Source: an archaeon CG10_big_fil_rev_8_21_14_0_10_43_11 (lineage in GTDB: Archaea > Nanobdellota > Nanobdellia > PEZQ01). Taken from it: a DNA stretch of 64,000 nt. Where the stretch lies: the NCBI GenBank assembly GCA_002763265.1, contig PEZQ01000003.1:19761-83760 (forward strand), given 5' to 3'. This document shows positions 1 to 9,605 of this stretch, one piece after another. Both the position numbers and the translations under genes were made by a program. Positions within the stretch are counted from its first letter, which is position 1, and the number at the start of each line of letters is the position of its first letter. A model generated the notes under the pieces. It worked only from the letters and a program-made list of their open reading frames with translations. It ran no database searches and was not told the origin of the DNA.

Positions 1-153
1 GAACTGGTGATAGCCGGGAAGCAGGAGTTCTGTTTTGTCAGTTTTTGTTTCCTGCAAGCACACAACATCAGGGTCATGTTTTTGAATTGAAGCGAGAAAA
101 CCTTTTTTGAGTGCTGAGCGAATTCCATTCACATTCCAGGACAGTAATTTCAT
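1..153 (-). CDS. xth: Exodeoxyribonuclease III / AP endonuclease (5' part, runs off window)
   Basis: Own translation from ATG 153: [13 protein letters not shown]...[11 protein letters not shown], the classic ExoIII WNVNG and LQETK motifs. Not in the ORF track. Confidence 0.93.
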   Translation of the reverse strand, partial: MKLLSWNVNGIRSALKKGFLASIQKHDPDVVCLQETKTDKTELLLPGYHQF

Positions 154-205
154 ATGCTACACAAAAGAGGTCATTGCTTATTAATGATTTCTTTGGCTAA
201 CTACG

Positions 206-571
206 TTATTCCTGATAATATCCGGTGTTGCCAAGCGCAAGTGCGATTTCTGCTTTTTTTAATTCTTTTCCAAGATATGCCACATGCTCTTTTTGCGTGA
301 ACCATTCCTGTTTGTGCTGTTTTTCGTACTCAAAAATGGCGTGATACACGTCTTGTGCGCGCTTGCCTTTGAATACTTTGAGTATTTCATGCTCATAGTT
401 GGTAATTGCAACTTGGAGTTCATGGTATTCAAAATCAACTTTGATAAGCACGTAACAACCTTTGTCAAGCGTGAAATCTTTGTACGTGTCGTAGGGTACG
501 CATTCAATTATCTCAAACTCTTTGTGCAGGATTTTGTCACGAATCCACGCAGGCCTTTTTTTGTCTGTCAT
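206..571 (-). CDS. DUF4346-like protein
   Basis: C-terminal HVAYLGKELKKAEIAL...YYQE matches the DUF4346 signature as recalled. Confidence 0.75.
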   Translation of the reverse strand: MTDKKRPAWIRDKILHKEFEIIECVPYDTYKDFTLDKGCYVLIKVDFEYHELQVAITNYEHEILKVFKGKRAQDVYHAIFEYEKQHKQEWFTQKEHVAYLGKELKKAEIALALGNTGYYQE

Positions 572-604
572 ACGTGAGTGTGAGTATGTTTGGTATTATT
601 TGTT

Positions 605-1087
605 TTACGCCACTGCAGAAAGCCAAATTCCGCTCATAGTTCCAATACTTGCAAGCGTAGTAAGAAGCGTTGAAGCAATCTCCTTATCATTCAAGGTTTT
701 TGGCGTTATTTGCAGGCCAGTATTATACATTTCAAGCCACGCCCATAAGTAGAGCGGAAAGGCAACAATAAAATGAACCGGTTCTAAGAACTTGACAAAA
801 AGAATTGCCTGAATGAAGGCTATACTCATGCCCAGCACATAATTTCTTGCTCGCGCTTTTGGTTTCCTGTAATCATCGCTTAAACCTTGGGCAAAACTAA
901 TTTCTAAGAGAATAATAAAAAACCACAACTGAAACAACTGTGGCTGAAAAATAGCAATAACACTCGCTACAAATAACGGGAAAAATATGAGGAAAAGTAT
1001 GTTTAGCTTGACAAAATTTGAGTGTCCGCGTTTTACTGCATGAAAAAAGGTAGTCCTGCTAATCACAAGGCCTACATGTGCACGCAT
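605..1087 (-). CDS. Hypothetical membrane protein
   Basis: 160-aa ORF with about 4-5 hydrophobic segments. Start uncertain. Confidence 0.6.
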   Translation of the reverse strand: MRAHVGLVISRTTFFHAVKRGHSNFVKLNILFLIFFPLFVASVIAIFQPQLFQLWFFIILLEISFAQGLSDDYRKPKARARNYVLGMSIAFIQAILFVKFLEPVHFIVAFPLYLWAWLEMYNTGLQITPKTLNDKEIASTLLTTLASIGTMSGIWLSAVA

Positions 1088-1121
1088 GTAATAAACGTTT
1101 TTCCCCTTTAAACGCTAAAAC

Positions 1122-1127
1122 TTATAA
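1122..1127 (+). promoter_or_regulatory. TATA box of the antiporter gene
   Basis: TTATAA after an A-rich BRE-like run, 29 nt upstream of ATG 1151, the same spacing as other promoters here. Confidence 0.5.
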
Positions 1128-1150
1128 CACGCGAGTGCAACTATACGTGT

Positions 1151-2324
1151 ATGGGCGCGGAGATTGTTGGTTTTCTTATTATTCTTGGTTCAGGGCTTTT
1201 CTTTTTCGGAATTGTTTAGAAAACTTCACTTGCCCTATGTTATCGCGCTTATTCTTGCAGGAATCATAGTAGGACCGTTTGGCTTTGATATTATTGAGCC
1301 TGATGCGGTTGTTGTATTCTTGAGTTCTGTTGGTGTGTTGTTTCTCATGTTTATTGCGGGAAGTGAGATTACTTCAAAAACTCTCAAAGAAACAAGCAAG
1401 AGCATTGCTTTTCTTGCCTTACTCAATAGTGTAGTTCCGTTTTTTGTTGGTATGGGAATCGCGCTCTTTTTTGGTTTTAATATTCCTACTGCGCTTATTC
1501 TTGGCGTGACGTTCATGTCGTCATCTGTTGCGGTTATTATTCCTTCACTACAGTCTCAGGGATTGGTAAACACCAAGCTTGGCAGGAGTATTATTACATC
1601 AACTGTTTTTGAGGATTTTGGGAGTTTGCTTCTTGTGGGCTTTATTCTTCAGGCGTTCAAGCCGCAATCAGCAATCCCGCTTTTTGCCTACATCCCGGTT
1701 GTGCTCTTGTTTATTGCGCTTCTTAAAATTATTATTCCCCGCCTTGAAGAATCGTATCACGCAGATAAGACGGGTCAGGATTTATTTGAGAGCAAGCTTC
1801 GTTTCACGTTTGTTGTGCTTCTTGCAAGCGTGCTCTTGTTTGAAGTGCTGGGCATGCATGCGATTGTTGCAGGTTTCGTGATTGGTTTGTTATTATCTGA
1901 TTCAATTCAGGGAAAAATCAGGGATAAAATTAGAACCATTAGCTATGGTATTTTTATTCCTGTGTTCTTTTTTATGATTGGCGTGCAGACTGATTTGAGC
2001 GTGTTTGTGTTGCCACAATCAGTTACATTTACCGTGTGCGTTGTGTTTGGACTTGTTATTTCAAAATCAGTAAGCGGCTGGGTTGGGGGTGTGATTTCTG
2101 GTTTTTCAAAGCGCGAGAGCATTCTTATCGCGTTTTCAACAATACCTCAATTATCAACTACGCTTGCTGTTGCGTATAGCGCGCTCGCGTTTGATATCAT
2201 TAATGTGGATATTGTTGCAACGCTTGTTATTCTTACTATTGTAACAACCCTTGGCTCACCGCTTCTCATAAAACTCTACAATGATGTGCTTCGAGAGAAA
2301 CCGGAAAAAACACAAACTAGCTAA
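1151..2324 (+). CDS. Cation:proton antiporter (CPA2/Kef-like), probable +1 frameshift near 1202-1206
   Basis: Multi-TM protein with LILAGIIVGP, SSSVAV and FEDFGS motifs. The natural ATG at 1151 is out of frame with the main ORF (1164-2324). Confidence 0.85.
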
Positions 2325-2811
2325 TGAACTCTTTCATTTGTTCAAGCAATCCTTGAACCTGAGTTTTAATGTGTTCTGGTTTAAAATTGTTAACCTCTGA
2401 CACGTGAACTGCACGCTGGAGCGGAATTGCTTTGAGCGCAACAATTACTTGGCGCAATTGTTCTGTCATGCGCGTGCCTCCCCACGGACCGTCTGATACG
2501 CTGCAAATTCCAAACACTTTTTTTTCGTATTGGTCATAGAGCTGGTCGAGAAATAGTTTTAATTCGCCGGGATAGCCGTGATTGTATTCAGGACTTACAA
2601 TTATGATGCCGTCTGCTTTGTTGAGAATCTTTTCCCACTTCTTTGCATACCTGTTTTTTTCGCTGTTATCTGTTGCTCTCAAAGGATAAGCATTTACATC
2701 AACAAGGATTGTTTCAACTCCTGTTGTTTTCATGTGTTCAACCACTGCGTTTGCAACAGCTTCACTTTTTCTGCCTTTGCGTGCCGTGCCAAGAACAACT
2801 GGAATAAACAT
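2317..2811 (-). CDS. NADPH-dependent FMN reductase
   Basis: GTARKGRKS, SPEYNHGYPGELK and GPWGG motifs. Confidence 0.9.
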   Translation of the reverse strand: MFIPVVLGTARKGRKSEAVANAVVEHMKTTGVETILVDVNAYPLRATDNSEKNRYAKKWEKILNKADGIIIVSPEYNHGYPGELKLFLDQLYDQYEKKVFGICSVSDGPWGGTRMTEQLRQVIVALKAIPLQRAVHVSEVNNFKPEHIKTQVQGLLEQMKEFIS

Positions 2812-2898
2812 ATTCTTATCTGCTCAAGAGCGCGTTAAAAAAATATCGGATGGGGGCATGGAAATTGATATTAATACGTTAAGCAGTCTAAAAATGTT

Positions 2899-3366
2899 AT
2901 GTCAACCCTTGAGCAACAATTACGCACTCTTCGCGAAAAAGAAAGCAAACTTCTTGAACAGCTTAAAGAAGAGAACAAGAAAAAAACGATTGGCTGCGCC
3001 TCCTGTGACAACCAACATGAAATTGGCAGGCTCACTGCTATCCAAACACATTACTACGACCGGGCGTATGACGCATCAAGCCAAGGAGAACTACGTTTTG
3101 TTTGTCCAGAAACACGTGTTGAAAATCGAATACTCTTTGATATAGATGATAACTACCGACAAAGTCCTTTAGAACAATTTAAGAACACGTACAAATCATT
3201 GTTCAAACAGGTAATCCATAGGCAGATAGATAACTGCGATAACACTCAGGGTGATTGGGAAGAAAAACACGCTAAAACAGTAAACAATTATTACATAGAT
3301 AAAAACCCTGAACTATTTGGACTTGACGTAAAGAAAAAATGTGACTGCTGTGGAAACATAGCGTAG
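2899..3366 (+). CDS. Hypothetical protein with N-terminal coiled coil and Cys clusters
   Basis: 155 aa with CASC, CPE and CDCC. TATA-like element upstream. Confidence 0.65.
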   Translation: MSTLEQQLRTLREKESKLLEQLKEENKKKTIGCASCDNQHEIGRLTAIQTHYYDRAYDASSQGELRFVCPETRVENRILFDIDDNYRQSPLEQFKNTYKSLFKQVIHRQIDNCDNTQGDWEEKHAKTVNNYYIDKNPELFGLDVKKKCDCCGNIA

Positions 3367-3497
3367 TCACAACACTTAAAAAAGATGGAGTAATACTATT
3401 CTTCACTATGTCAGGTGAATACCTTCCGCGCAAGCACTAATTCACCTATTCTTAAATATCTAAAACACCTTGATAATCCAGTGCGAGGTTTGTTACA

Positions 3498-4931
3498 ATG
3501 AGCAAACAAGAAGGAATAACCGTAAAACGAGAAGAAAACTGGGACAAATGGTACCCACAAATATGTCTAAAAGCCGAGCTGATGGATTACTCCCCCGTCA
3601 GCGGTTGTTATATCCTTCGCCCGAGAGGCTACTACCTGTGGGAAGCACTCCAAACCTATCTTGACGCGGCATTTAAGAAATCAGGCGTGCAAAACGCGTA
3701 CTTTCCTTTATTTATCCCAGAAAGCCTGCTCAAAAAAGAAGCAGAACACGTTGAAGGTTTCACACCAGAAGTGGCATGGGTAACGCACGCAGGAAACTCA
3801 AAACTACCCGAACGACTTGCAATTAGACCAACAAGCGAAACTATCATGTACAACAGCTACAAAGAATGGATTCGCTCACACCGCGACCTGCCGCTCAGGC
3901 TTAACCAATGGAACAATGTAGTACGCTGGGAATTCAAAAATCCCGTGCTCCTCATGCGCTACCGCGAATTTTTGTGGCAAGAGGGACACACCGTATTTGC
4001 AACCAAACAAGAAGCCGATGCGGAAGTGAGGGAAATGCTTGAAATCTATCGCAAAGCCTATGAAGACGTGCTTGCACTTCCCATGTACGCGGGCATGAAA
4101 ACCGATTACGAAAAATTTCCTGGGGCAGACTACACAACAAGCGTTGAAATCTTCTTGCCAAACGGTCGCGGCGTGCAAGCAGCAACCTCACACCATTTGG
4201 GTCAGCGCTTTGCAAAAGCATTTGACATCACGTTCAAAGATGAGAGCGGCAAACAGGTATATCCCTACCAAAACTCGTGGGGCTTTGCAACCCGTGCGCT
4301 TGGCATTGTTGCATTTATGCACAGCGATGACAAAGGATTAGTATTACCCCCACGCGCAGCAGAAAAACAAATCGTGATAGTGCCGATTTTCAATGCAGAC
4401 AACAAAGAAATCGTGTTAAAGGAAGCAGGCAAACTTGCAAAAAAACTCTCAGAATTCAGAGTATTTATTGATGACCGAGAAGGATACACACCGGGTTGGA
4501 AGTTCAATGAATGGGAGCTTAAAGGCCTACCCCTTCGCATTGAGATAGGCATGCGCGATATTCAAAACAAGAGTGCTGTTGCGGTTAAAAGAAATGATGG
4601 AAAAAAACAAACCGTCAAAATGGTGAGCATAGCAAAAGACACAGAATGCCTGCTTGACACTATACATGCTGAGCTCTTGGAGAATGCGTGGAAAAAAATG
4701 CATTTAGTGATGGTGGAAGTAAACACAGTCACTGATTTGAAAAAAGCGCTTGCAAACAAGAAAGTGGGCGTTGCAGGATGGTGCGGAGAAACTGACTGTG
4801 AAGTAGCGCTTAAAGAAAAAATCGGTGCGCGCTCATCAAACTATGCATTTAACAAAGAACCCATAAATACGAGCTGCATTGTGTGCAAAAAACCTGCAAA
4901 ACACGTTATGCGCTTTGCAAAATACTATTAG
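3498..4931 (+). CDS. proS: Prolyl-tRNA synthetase (archaeal/eukaryote-like)
   Basis: IRPTSET, WNNVVRWE, REFLWQEGHT, TPGWKFNEWELKG, and C-terminal Zn domain ending FAKYY. Confidence 0.98.
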   Translation: MSKQEGITVKREENWDKWYPQICLKAELMDYSPVSGCYILRPRGYYLWEALQTYLDAAFKKSGVQNAYFPLFIPESLLKKEAEHVEGFTPEVAWVTHAGNSKLPERLAIRPTSETIMYNSYKEWIRSHRDLPLRLNQWNNVVRWEFKNPVLLMRYREFLWQEGHTVFATKQEADAEVREMLEIYRKAYEDVLALPMYAGMKTDYEKFPGADYTTSVEIFLPNGRGVQAATSHHLGQRFAKAFDITFKDESGKQVYPYQNSWGFATRALGIVAFMHSDDKGLVLPPRAAEKQIVIVPIFNADNKEIVLKEAGKLAKKLSEFRVFIDDREGYTPGWKFNEWELKGLPLRIEIGMRDIQNKSAVAVKRNDGKKQTVKMVSIAKDTECLLDTIHAELLENAWKKMHLVMVEVNTVTDLKKALANKKVGVAGWCGETDCEVALKEKIGARSSNYAFNKEPINTSCIVCKKPAKHVMRFAKYY

Positions 4932-4970
4932 AAAGAGTTTTATATTTTTTTTTCTCTTTTTTTTCTTATT

Positions 4971-5327
4971 ATGCGCGTTATTGGTATCAGTGTTACGACA
5001 AAAAACCAACCTTTTGAAAAAATACAGCCCGCACTAGAACACGTTGCCAAAAAAGAGTATGGTGCAGTACTTGCACACGCATTCATGCCACTTGATGAAA
5101 TTCTAAAACAAGGATTTGACCCAATACTTAGAAACACGCTTGACACGCTTTTTCCAAAGCAAGTCACCTTTTACCATAACGGTCCAAAACGCGCAGACCT
5201 CGCTGAATTTCTGGAACTCAACAACGCAACAGCTTACATAATTGGCAACATCATCGGTGGCGTAAAAGAAGAATACGAGATATATCAAACACGAGAAATC
5301 AAAACACAACGCGTACCACTTGTATAA
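4971..5327 (+). CDS. Hypothetical protein, possibly SLOG-like
   Basis: 118-aa alpha/beta pattern with AYIIG...GGVKEE near the C-terminus. Confidence 0.6.
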   Translation: MRVIGISVTTKNQPFEKIQPALEHVAKKEYGAVLAHAFMPLDEILKQGFDPILRNTLDTLFPKQVTFYHNGPKRADLAEFLELNNATAYIIGNIIGGVKEEYEIYQTREIKTQRVPLV

Positions 5328-5401
5328 CTATGCACTAGCAAGAATCACACAACACCTTTTCTTAAGAAGAAAAGCTGTGCCAAAAGAAAAAGAACGTAAA
5401 A

Positions 5402-5474
5402 TAGCCCTGCCAGGATTCGAACCTGGGTCGCAAGGTTCAGAGCCTCGCATGCTTGGCCACTACACTACAGGGCT
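5402..5474 (-). tRNA. tRNA-Gln(CTG)
   Basis: Acceptor stem AGCCCTG/CAGGGCT, anticodon arm CGAGG-CTCTGAA-CCTTG, T-loop TTCGAAT. No intron, CCA not encoded. Confidence 0.96.
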
Positions 5475-5531
5475 AGTGATTTGCAGAGTGTTATATGGGG
5501 TGGTCTATTAAAAGGTTTTTGAAAGCCAAGT

Positions 5532-6446
5532 TTACGAGGGTATTCTTGTAATCCACTTTTGGTGTGCATCATTGTTGCCAAGCACCGTTTCAAAATAGCT
5601 TGCTTGCAATTGTTGCGTGATAGGCCCAATGTTTCCACTCCCGATTTGCATGCGATCAACAAAACCAATGCCAGCAACTTCTCCTGCTGTACCCGTAAAG
5701 AATGCTTCATCCGCAATGTAGACCTCGCTTCGTGCAATGGTTCGTTCAAGAACATCAAATCCCTTTTCTTTTGCAAGCGTAACAATCGAGTCCCGGGTTA
5801 TTCCTGCAAGAATTGGTGCAGAAAGCGGGGGTGTGATGATGGTTTGGTCTTTTACCATAAAGAAGTTTTCCGCGCTTCCTTCGCACACGTAACCGTGTTC
5901 GTCAAGCAAAAGTGCTTCATCAAAACCATTAAGCACTGCTTCTTGTTTTGCAAGAATGCTATTTACATAGTTCCCGCCTGCTTTTGCTTTGAGGGGTTGT
6001 GCTGATTGGCTTAGTTTTCGCCATGAACTGACCGTAACGTGTTGCGGTTTTTCAGTATTCAAGTATTTGCCAAGAGGCATGGCAATAATTGCTGTACTCA
6101 CTGGAGACTTAAGAGGGTTGAGTCCAAAAACGCCGTAATCGCGAAAATGGATGGGACGAATGTAAATGCCTGTTTTGAACTTGTTTTCTTGTACAACACG
6201 CACGGATGCAGAAAAGAGGTCATCAAGAGTGTATGGTGTTTTCATGTGATACATTTTTGCTGAATCCTCTAATCGCTTGAGATGCTCTTCTAAACGAAAC
6301 ACAAGAATGTCATCATCTTTGTGATATCCCCTAATCCCTTCAAACACGCTGGTTCCGTAGTGAAGCGCGTGAGCCCACACGTGTACGCGCGCATCATCCC
6401 ATGCAACAAGATTGCCATTAAACCAGAGGTAGTCTGCTTTTTCCAT
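5532..6446 (-). CDS. ilvE: Branched-chain amino acid aminotransferase
   Basis: LHYGTSVFEG, YIRP, KAGGNY (PLP Lys), EGSAEN, LAGITR, TGTA. Confidence 0.95.
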   Translation of the reverse strand: MEKADYLWFNGNLVAWDDARVHVWAHALHYGTSVFEGIRGYHKDDDILVFRLEEHLKRLEDSAKMYHMKTPYTLDDLFSASVRVVQENKFKTGIYIRPIHFRDYGVFGLNPLKSPVSTAIIAMPLGKYLNTEKPQHVTVSSWRKLSQSAQPLKAKAGGNYVNSILAKQEAVLNGFDEALLLDEHGYVCEGSAENFFMVKDQTIITPPLSAPILAGITRDSIVTLAKEKGFDVLERTIARSEVYIADEAFFTGTAGEVAGIGFVDRMQIGSGNIGPITQQLQASYFETVLGNNDAHQKWITRIPS

Positions 6447-6573
6447 ATTCGTTTCTTGCTTGGCGTGTTAATAAACATTATCCGGCACAAAAATAACAAA
6501 ACACAGAAGATAAAATAGGAATACTGAAGCATCATAATCATTTTTAATAAGAAATAAAAAGAAATGTAGCATA

Positions 6574-7398
6574 ATGAATCTCATATCAAATCTGACATTT
6601 TCAATTTTTAATGTACTGCAAGAACGGGCATTAGTTTCAGCGCAGGAAAAAAACATAGGAATGCGGCCCGTGCTTAATTACGCGCCAAAGCCCATGCTTG
6701 CAAATTTTGTGAAAACGCCGCTCTTTCATCCTCAAGAAATGATACATAAAAAGTATGGTAAGGATGTTCTCCATCAGGATTGGATGAATTATTTTTCATT
6801 TGGCACGTATGAAAAAATAACCAAGCCACTCACGCGCTTTGACCGCTCAAACCCCTATTATCAGGTGTGGAGTGGGTGTTACATGATAAAAAGCAGGTCA
6901 CAAAAGGCATATGGGTTTGACGGGGACACGCCTGTTTTTGAAGACTTGGTTATGATTCCTGAAGCAGACCAGTCAACATGGATTAATGCGCTTACTGGCA
7001 TCAAACAACCTTTGTTTGATGTGTATAATGTAACAGAATTAAATAAATCACTCCACGAGAAAAGTTTAGCAAATTATTTTTTTAAGATAGACACAAACAG
7101 TGATGTTGTAGTTTCAGAAAACAGCGAATGGTATTGGAGATTATTGCTTTCTGGAAAAAAAACGCAAACACCACATCCAAAAAGAGTAACGCTCAGCACT
7201 ATCATGACTGTTTTTAAAAAAGATAACGTACTTATCATGCCCTATGGCTGCAGTATAGAAGAGCAGTGGGATGCGGTTGGTACTGAGTTAAAAAAAATGA
7301 TGAAAAGCATCAGTCTTGAGGCAGTAGTGGAAAAACCATCACTTCTTCCCTGGAATTATTTAAGCAACGCACTATTACGAAAAAGTGGGGTTGCATAA
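6574..7398 (+). CDS. Hypothetical protein
   Basis: 274-aa ORF, no recognised motif. Confidence 0.7.
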   Translation: MNLISNLTFSIFNVLQERALVSAQEKNIGMRPVLNYAPKPMLANFVKTPLFHPQEMIHKKYGKDVLHQDWMNYFSFGTYEKITKPLTRFDRSNPYYQVWSGCYMIKSRSQKAYGFDGDTPVFEDLVMIPEADQSTWINALTGIKQPLFDVYNVTELNKSLHEKSLANYFFKIDTNSDVVVSENSEWYWRLLLSGKKTQTPHPKRVTLSTIMTVFKKDNVLIMPYGCSIEEQWDAVGTELKKMMKSISLEAVVEKPSLLPWNYLSNALLRKSGVA

Positions 7399-7456
7399 AA
7401 ACGCGCACCATAAAGAAGCAAAGCGCATATAAGTCTCTAATTGGGGTAGTGAAAGT

Positions 7457-8029
7457 ATGAAGAAAGTGCTTATTATTATTGGCCATCCCCAGCATGAGAG
7501 TTTTTCTCACACGCTTGCGCGCGCGTATAAAAAAGGAGCGCAAAGCGCGCACGCATCGGTGCGCATCATTGATGTGCGAACGCTTGAATTTGACCCGGTC
7601 TTATGGGAAGGTTATGGCGGTACGCAAGTGTTTGAACATGATTTGGAAGCAGCACAAGCACACATCACCTGGGCTGACCACATTGTGTTTGTCTACCCAA
7701 CGTGGTGGGGTGGTTTGCCTGCTCTTTTGAAGGGTTTTGTTGAGCGCGTTTTCTTGCCGGGTTTTGCATTCAAATATGAGAAAGGCAGCGGGCATAAAGA
7801 ATTGCTTGCCAGAAAAAGTGCGCGCATTATCACAACCGCGTACGAAGCCGTAAACTGGGTTGAGAAGATGCGTGCAAATGGGCATAAAGTCTTCAAATAT
7901 GACGTGCTCGAGTTTTGCGGTATGAAACCAGTGCATATGAGTTATATCGCGCCTGAAGGAAAGCCGGAGAGTGATATGCGCGCGTATTGGCAAAAACATG
8001 TGGAACGATTGGGCGCAAAGCTTGCATAA
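7457..8029 (+). CDS. NAD(P)H dehydrogenase (quinone), flavodoxin-like fold
   Basis: GHP...SF, WADHIVFVYPTWW, PALLKGFVERVF.PGFAF. Confidence 0.92.
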   Translation: MKKVLIIIGHPQHESFSHTLARAYKKGAQSAHASVRIIDVRTLEFDPVLWEGYGGTQVFEHDLEAAQAHITWADHIVFVYPTWWGGLPALLKGFVERVFLPGFAFKYEKGSGHKELLARKSARIITTAYEAVNWVEKMRANGHKVFKYDVLEFCGMKPVHMSYIAPEGKPESDMRAYWQKHVERLGAKLA

Positions 8030-8063
8030 GCAGTAACATCCTTGTTTTTTAGAAATGAATAGA

Positions 8064-8903
8064 TTATTCAAATACTATTAGTGGCACGTTGCACGCGCTC
8101 CGATCTTTTTTTATAACGCCATCAAAAACAATGTCTGCAGGTCCAAGAAGAATAGGATTTTGCGTGCAATCAACTACAAGAGGTCCGCCCCTTGTTATGA
8201 CCGTAAGCGTGTTTTGCATGTTTCGTGCGATAACTGCTGCAATTGTGCACGCAGTGGCACCTGTTCCGCATGAGAGTGTTTCTGCTTCAACACCGCGTTC
8301 AAAGGTTCTGATACGAATCATAGTCTCATTAACAACATGTACCAAGTTCACGTTCACGCGTGTCTCAGGCAGGTTTTGAAGTGTGCGAATATGCGCAGCG
8401 CACGCATGAAGGTTGAATTGGTCTACATCAGGCACAAACATGACCACGTGCGGTTCTCCGCTGTTAACAAACACGCAATCATATTCATGTCCTTCAAAGT
8501 GAAAGGTAAATGAAAACACGTTGCGTGGCGCACCCATATCAACTTGAAAAAGGTCTTCTACGCGTAACACTTCTTTGATGCCTGCTCTGGTTTCAATACG
8601 CACATTTGGTCCAAAACCTTTTCTTTCGATAAGGTAGCGTGCAACGCAGCGAATCCCGTTTCCGCACATGTCAGACTGGGAGCCGTCGCGTTCAAGCACG
8701 ACCATTTTTGCGTCAGCAACATCTGATGGCTGAATAAGGAGAACTTGGTCTGCACCAATGCCAAAGTGTCGGTCGCATAATTTATGCAGGTTTGCATAGT
8801 GGTCGGTATTCAATTCAAGAATGATAAAATCATTTCCGCATCCTTGCATTTTTGTGAACGGGATATCGGGAGGCTCATCTTCAGCGGATACCGTGGCATT
8901 CAT
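8064..8903 (-). CDS. dapF: Diaminopimelate epimerase
   Basis: FTKMQGCGNDF, RHFGIGAD, MCGNG and ERGV.AETLSCGTG. Both catalytic Cys present. Confidence 0.9.
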   Translation of the reverse strand: MNATVSAEDEPPDIPFTKMQGCGNDFIILELNTDHYANLHKLCDRHFGIGADQVLLIQPSDVADAKMVVLERDGSQSDMCGNGIRCVARYLIERKGFGPNVRIETRAGIKEVLRVEDLFQVDMGAPRNVFSFTFHFEGHEYDCVFVNSGEPHVVMFVPDVDQFNLHACAAHIRTLQNLPETRVNVNLVHVVNETMIRIRTFERGVEAETLSCGTGATACTIAAVIARNMQNTLTVITRGGPLVVDCTQNPILLGPADIVFDGVIKKDRSACNVPLIVFE

Positions 8904-8993
8904 CGTATGGTTAACAGGAACTCATGTGTTTTGTTCTAAGTTAATTGCGACTAAGTATTTAAACGTTGCATTTGTCTCTCTTTTGACGTGTTC

Positions 8994-9064
8994 GCGCTGG
9001 TAGTCCAGTGGCAGGATTCGACCCTCCCAAGGTCGCGACCCGGGTTCAAATCCCGGCCGGCGCA
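8994..9064 (+). tRNA. tRNA-Gly(CCC)
   Basis: Acceptor GCGCTGG/CCGGCGC, anticodon arm CGACC-CTCCCAA-GGTCG, T-loop TTCAAAT. TTTAAA at 8958-8963. Confidence 0.96.
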
Positions 9065-9134
9065 TAGATTCACCACATAAGCATAGTTATTTTGGTATCA
9101 AAGCATTTAAGATTCTTTAACAAGTACCTAACTA

Positions 9135-9572
9135 ATGATGAAGCCAGTTACACTTGTCTCGCGCGTAATACATGAATACGCGTTTTATGGAATGTTTGTT
9201 GTTTGCTTACTTCTTGTTTTGTTCGCTGTTTTGCTTGGCATGTCGTTTGTAGCTGCACTCGTGTTCGTGCTTGGCCTGCCCATAAGCATGTACGCTAACA
9301 AGTATCTTAAAAACGCGTTTAAAACAAGCAGACCCCGAAACACACCCCAAACCATGGACTATTCATTTCCAAGCAATCACACGCAAACGGTAACCTACGT
9401 GCTCGTGTTTCTTGGCGTGCACGCACCATTTACCCTTGTGTTCACCCTTCCGCTTTTTATTGCACTTGTGTTTCATCGCCTTCAGGGAAAACACCACCAT
9501 CTTCAAGATATTATTGGAGGCGTGCTTTTTGGAAGCATAATCGCGTTTTTTCTCACTTTCCTCGCGCCGTAA
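9135..9572 (+). CDS. PAP2-family membrane phosphatase
   Basis: K...RP, FPSNH and R.QGKHHHLQD motifs. Confidence 0.88.
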   Translation: MMKPVTLVSRVIHEYAFYGMFVVCLLLVLFAVLLGMSFVAALVFVLGLPISMYANKYLKNAFKTSRPRNTPQTMDYSFPSNHTQTVTYVLVFLGVHAPFTLVFTLPLFIALVFHRLQGKHHHLQDIIGGVLFGSIIAFFLTFLAP

Positions 9573-9605
9573 TCTATTAAATTGCTCTGAGCATATTCAA
9601 TAGTT

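Noticed and set aside
5320..5511. 63-aa ORF containing ALPGFEPG
   Set aside because: It is the antisense translation of tRNA-Gln.
5402..9064. Segment between two tRNAs as an integrated island
   Set aside because: No integrase or duplicated tRNA 3' end found, and the content is ordinary metabolic genes.
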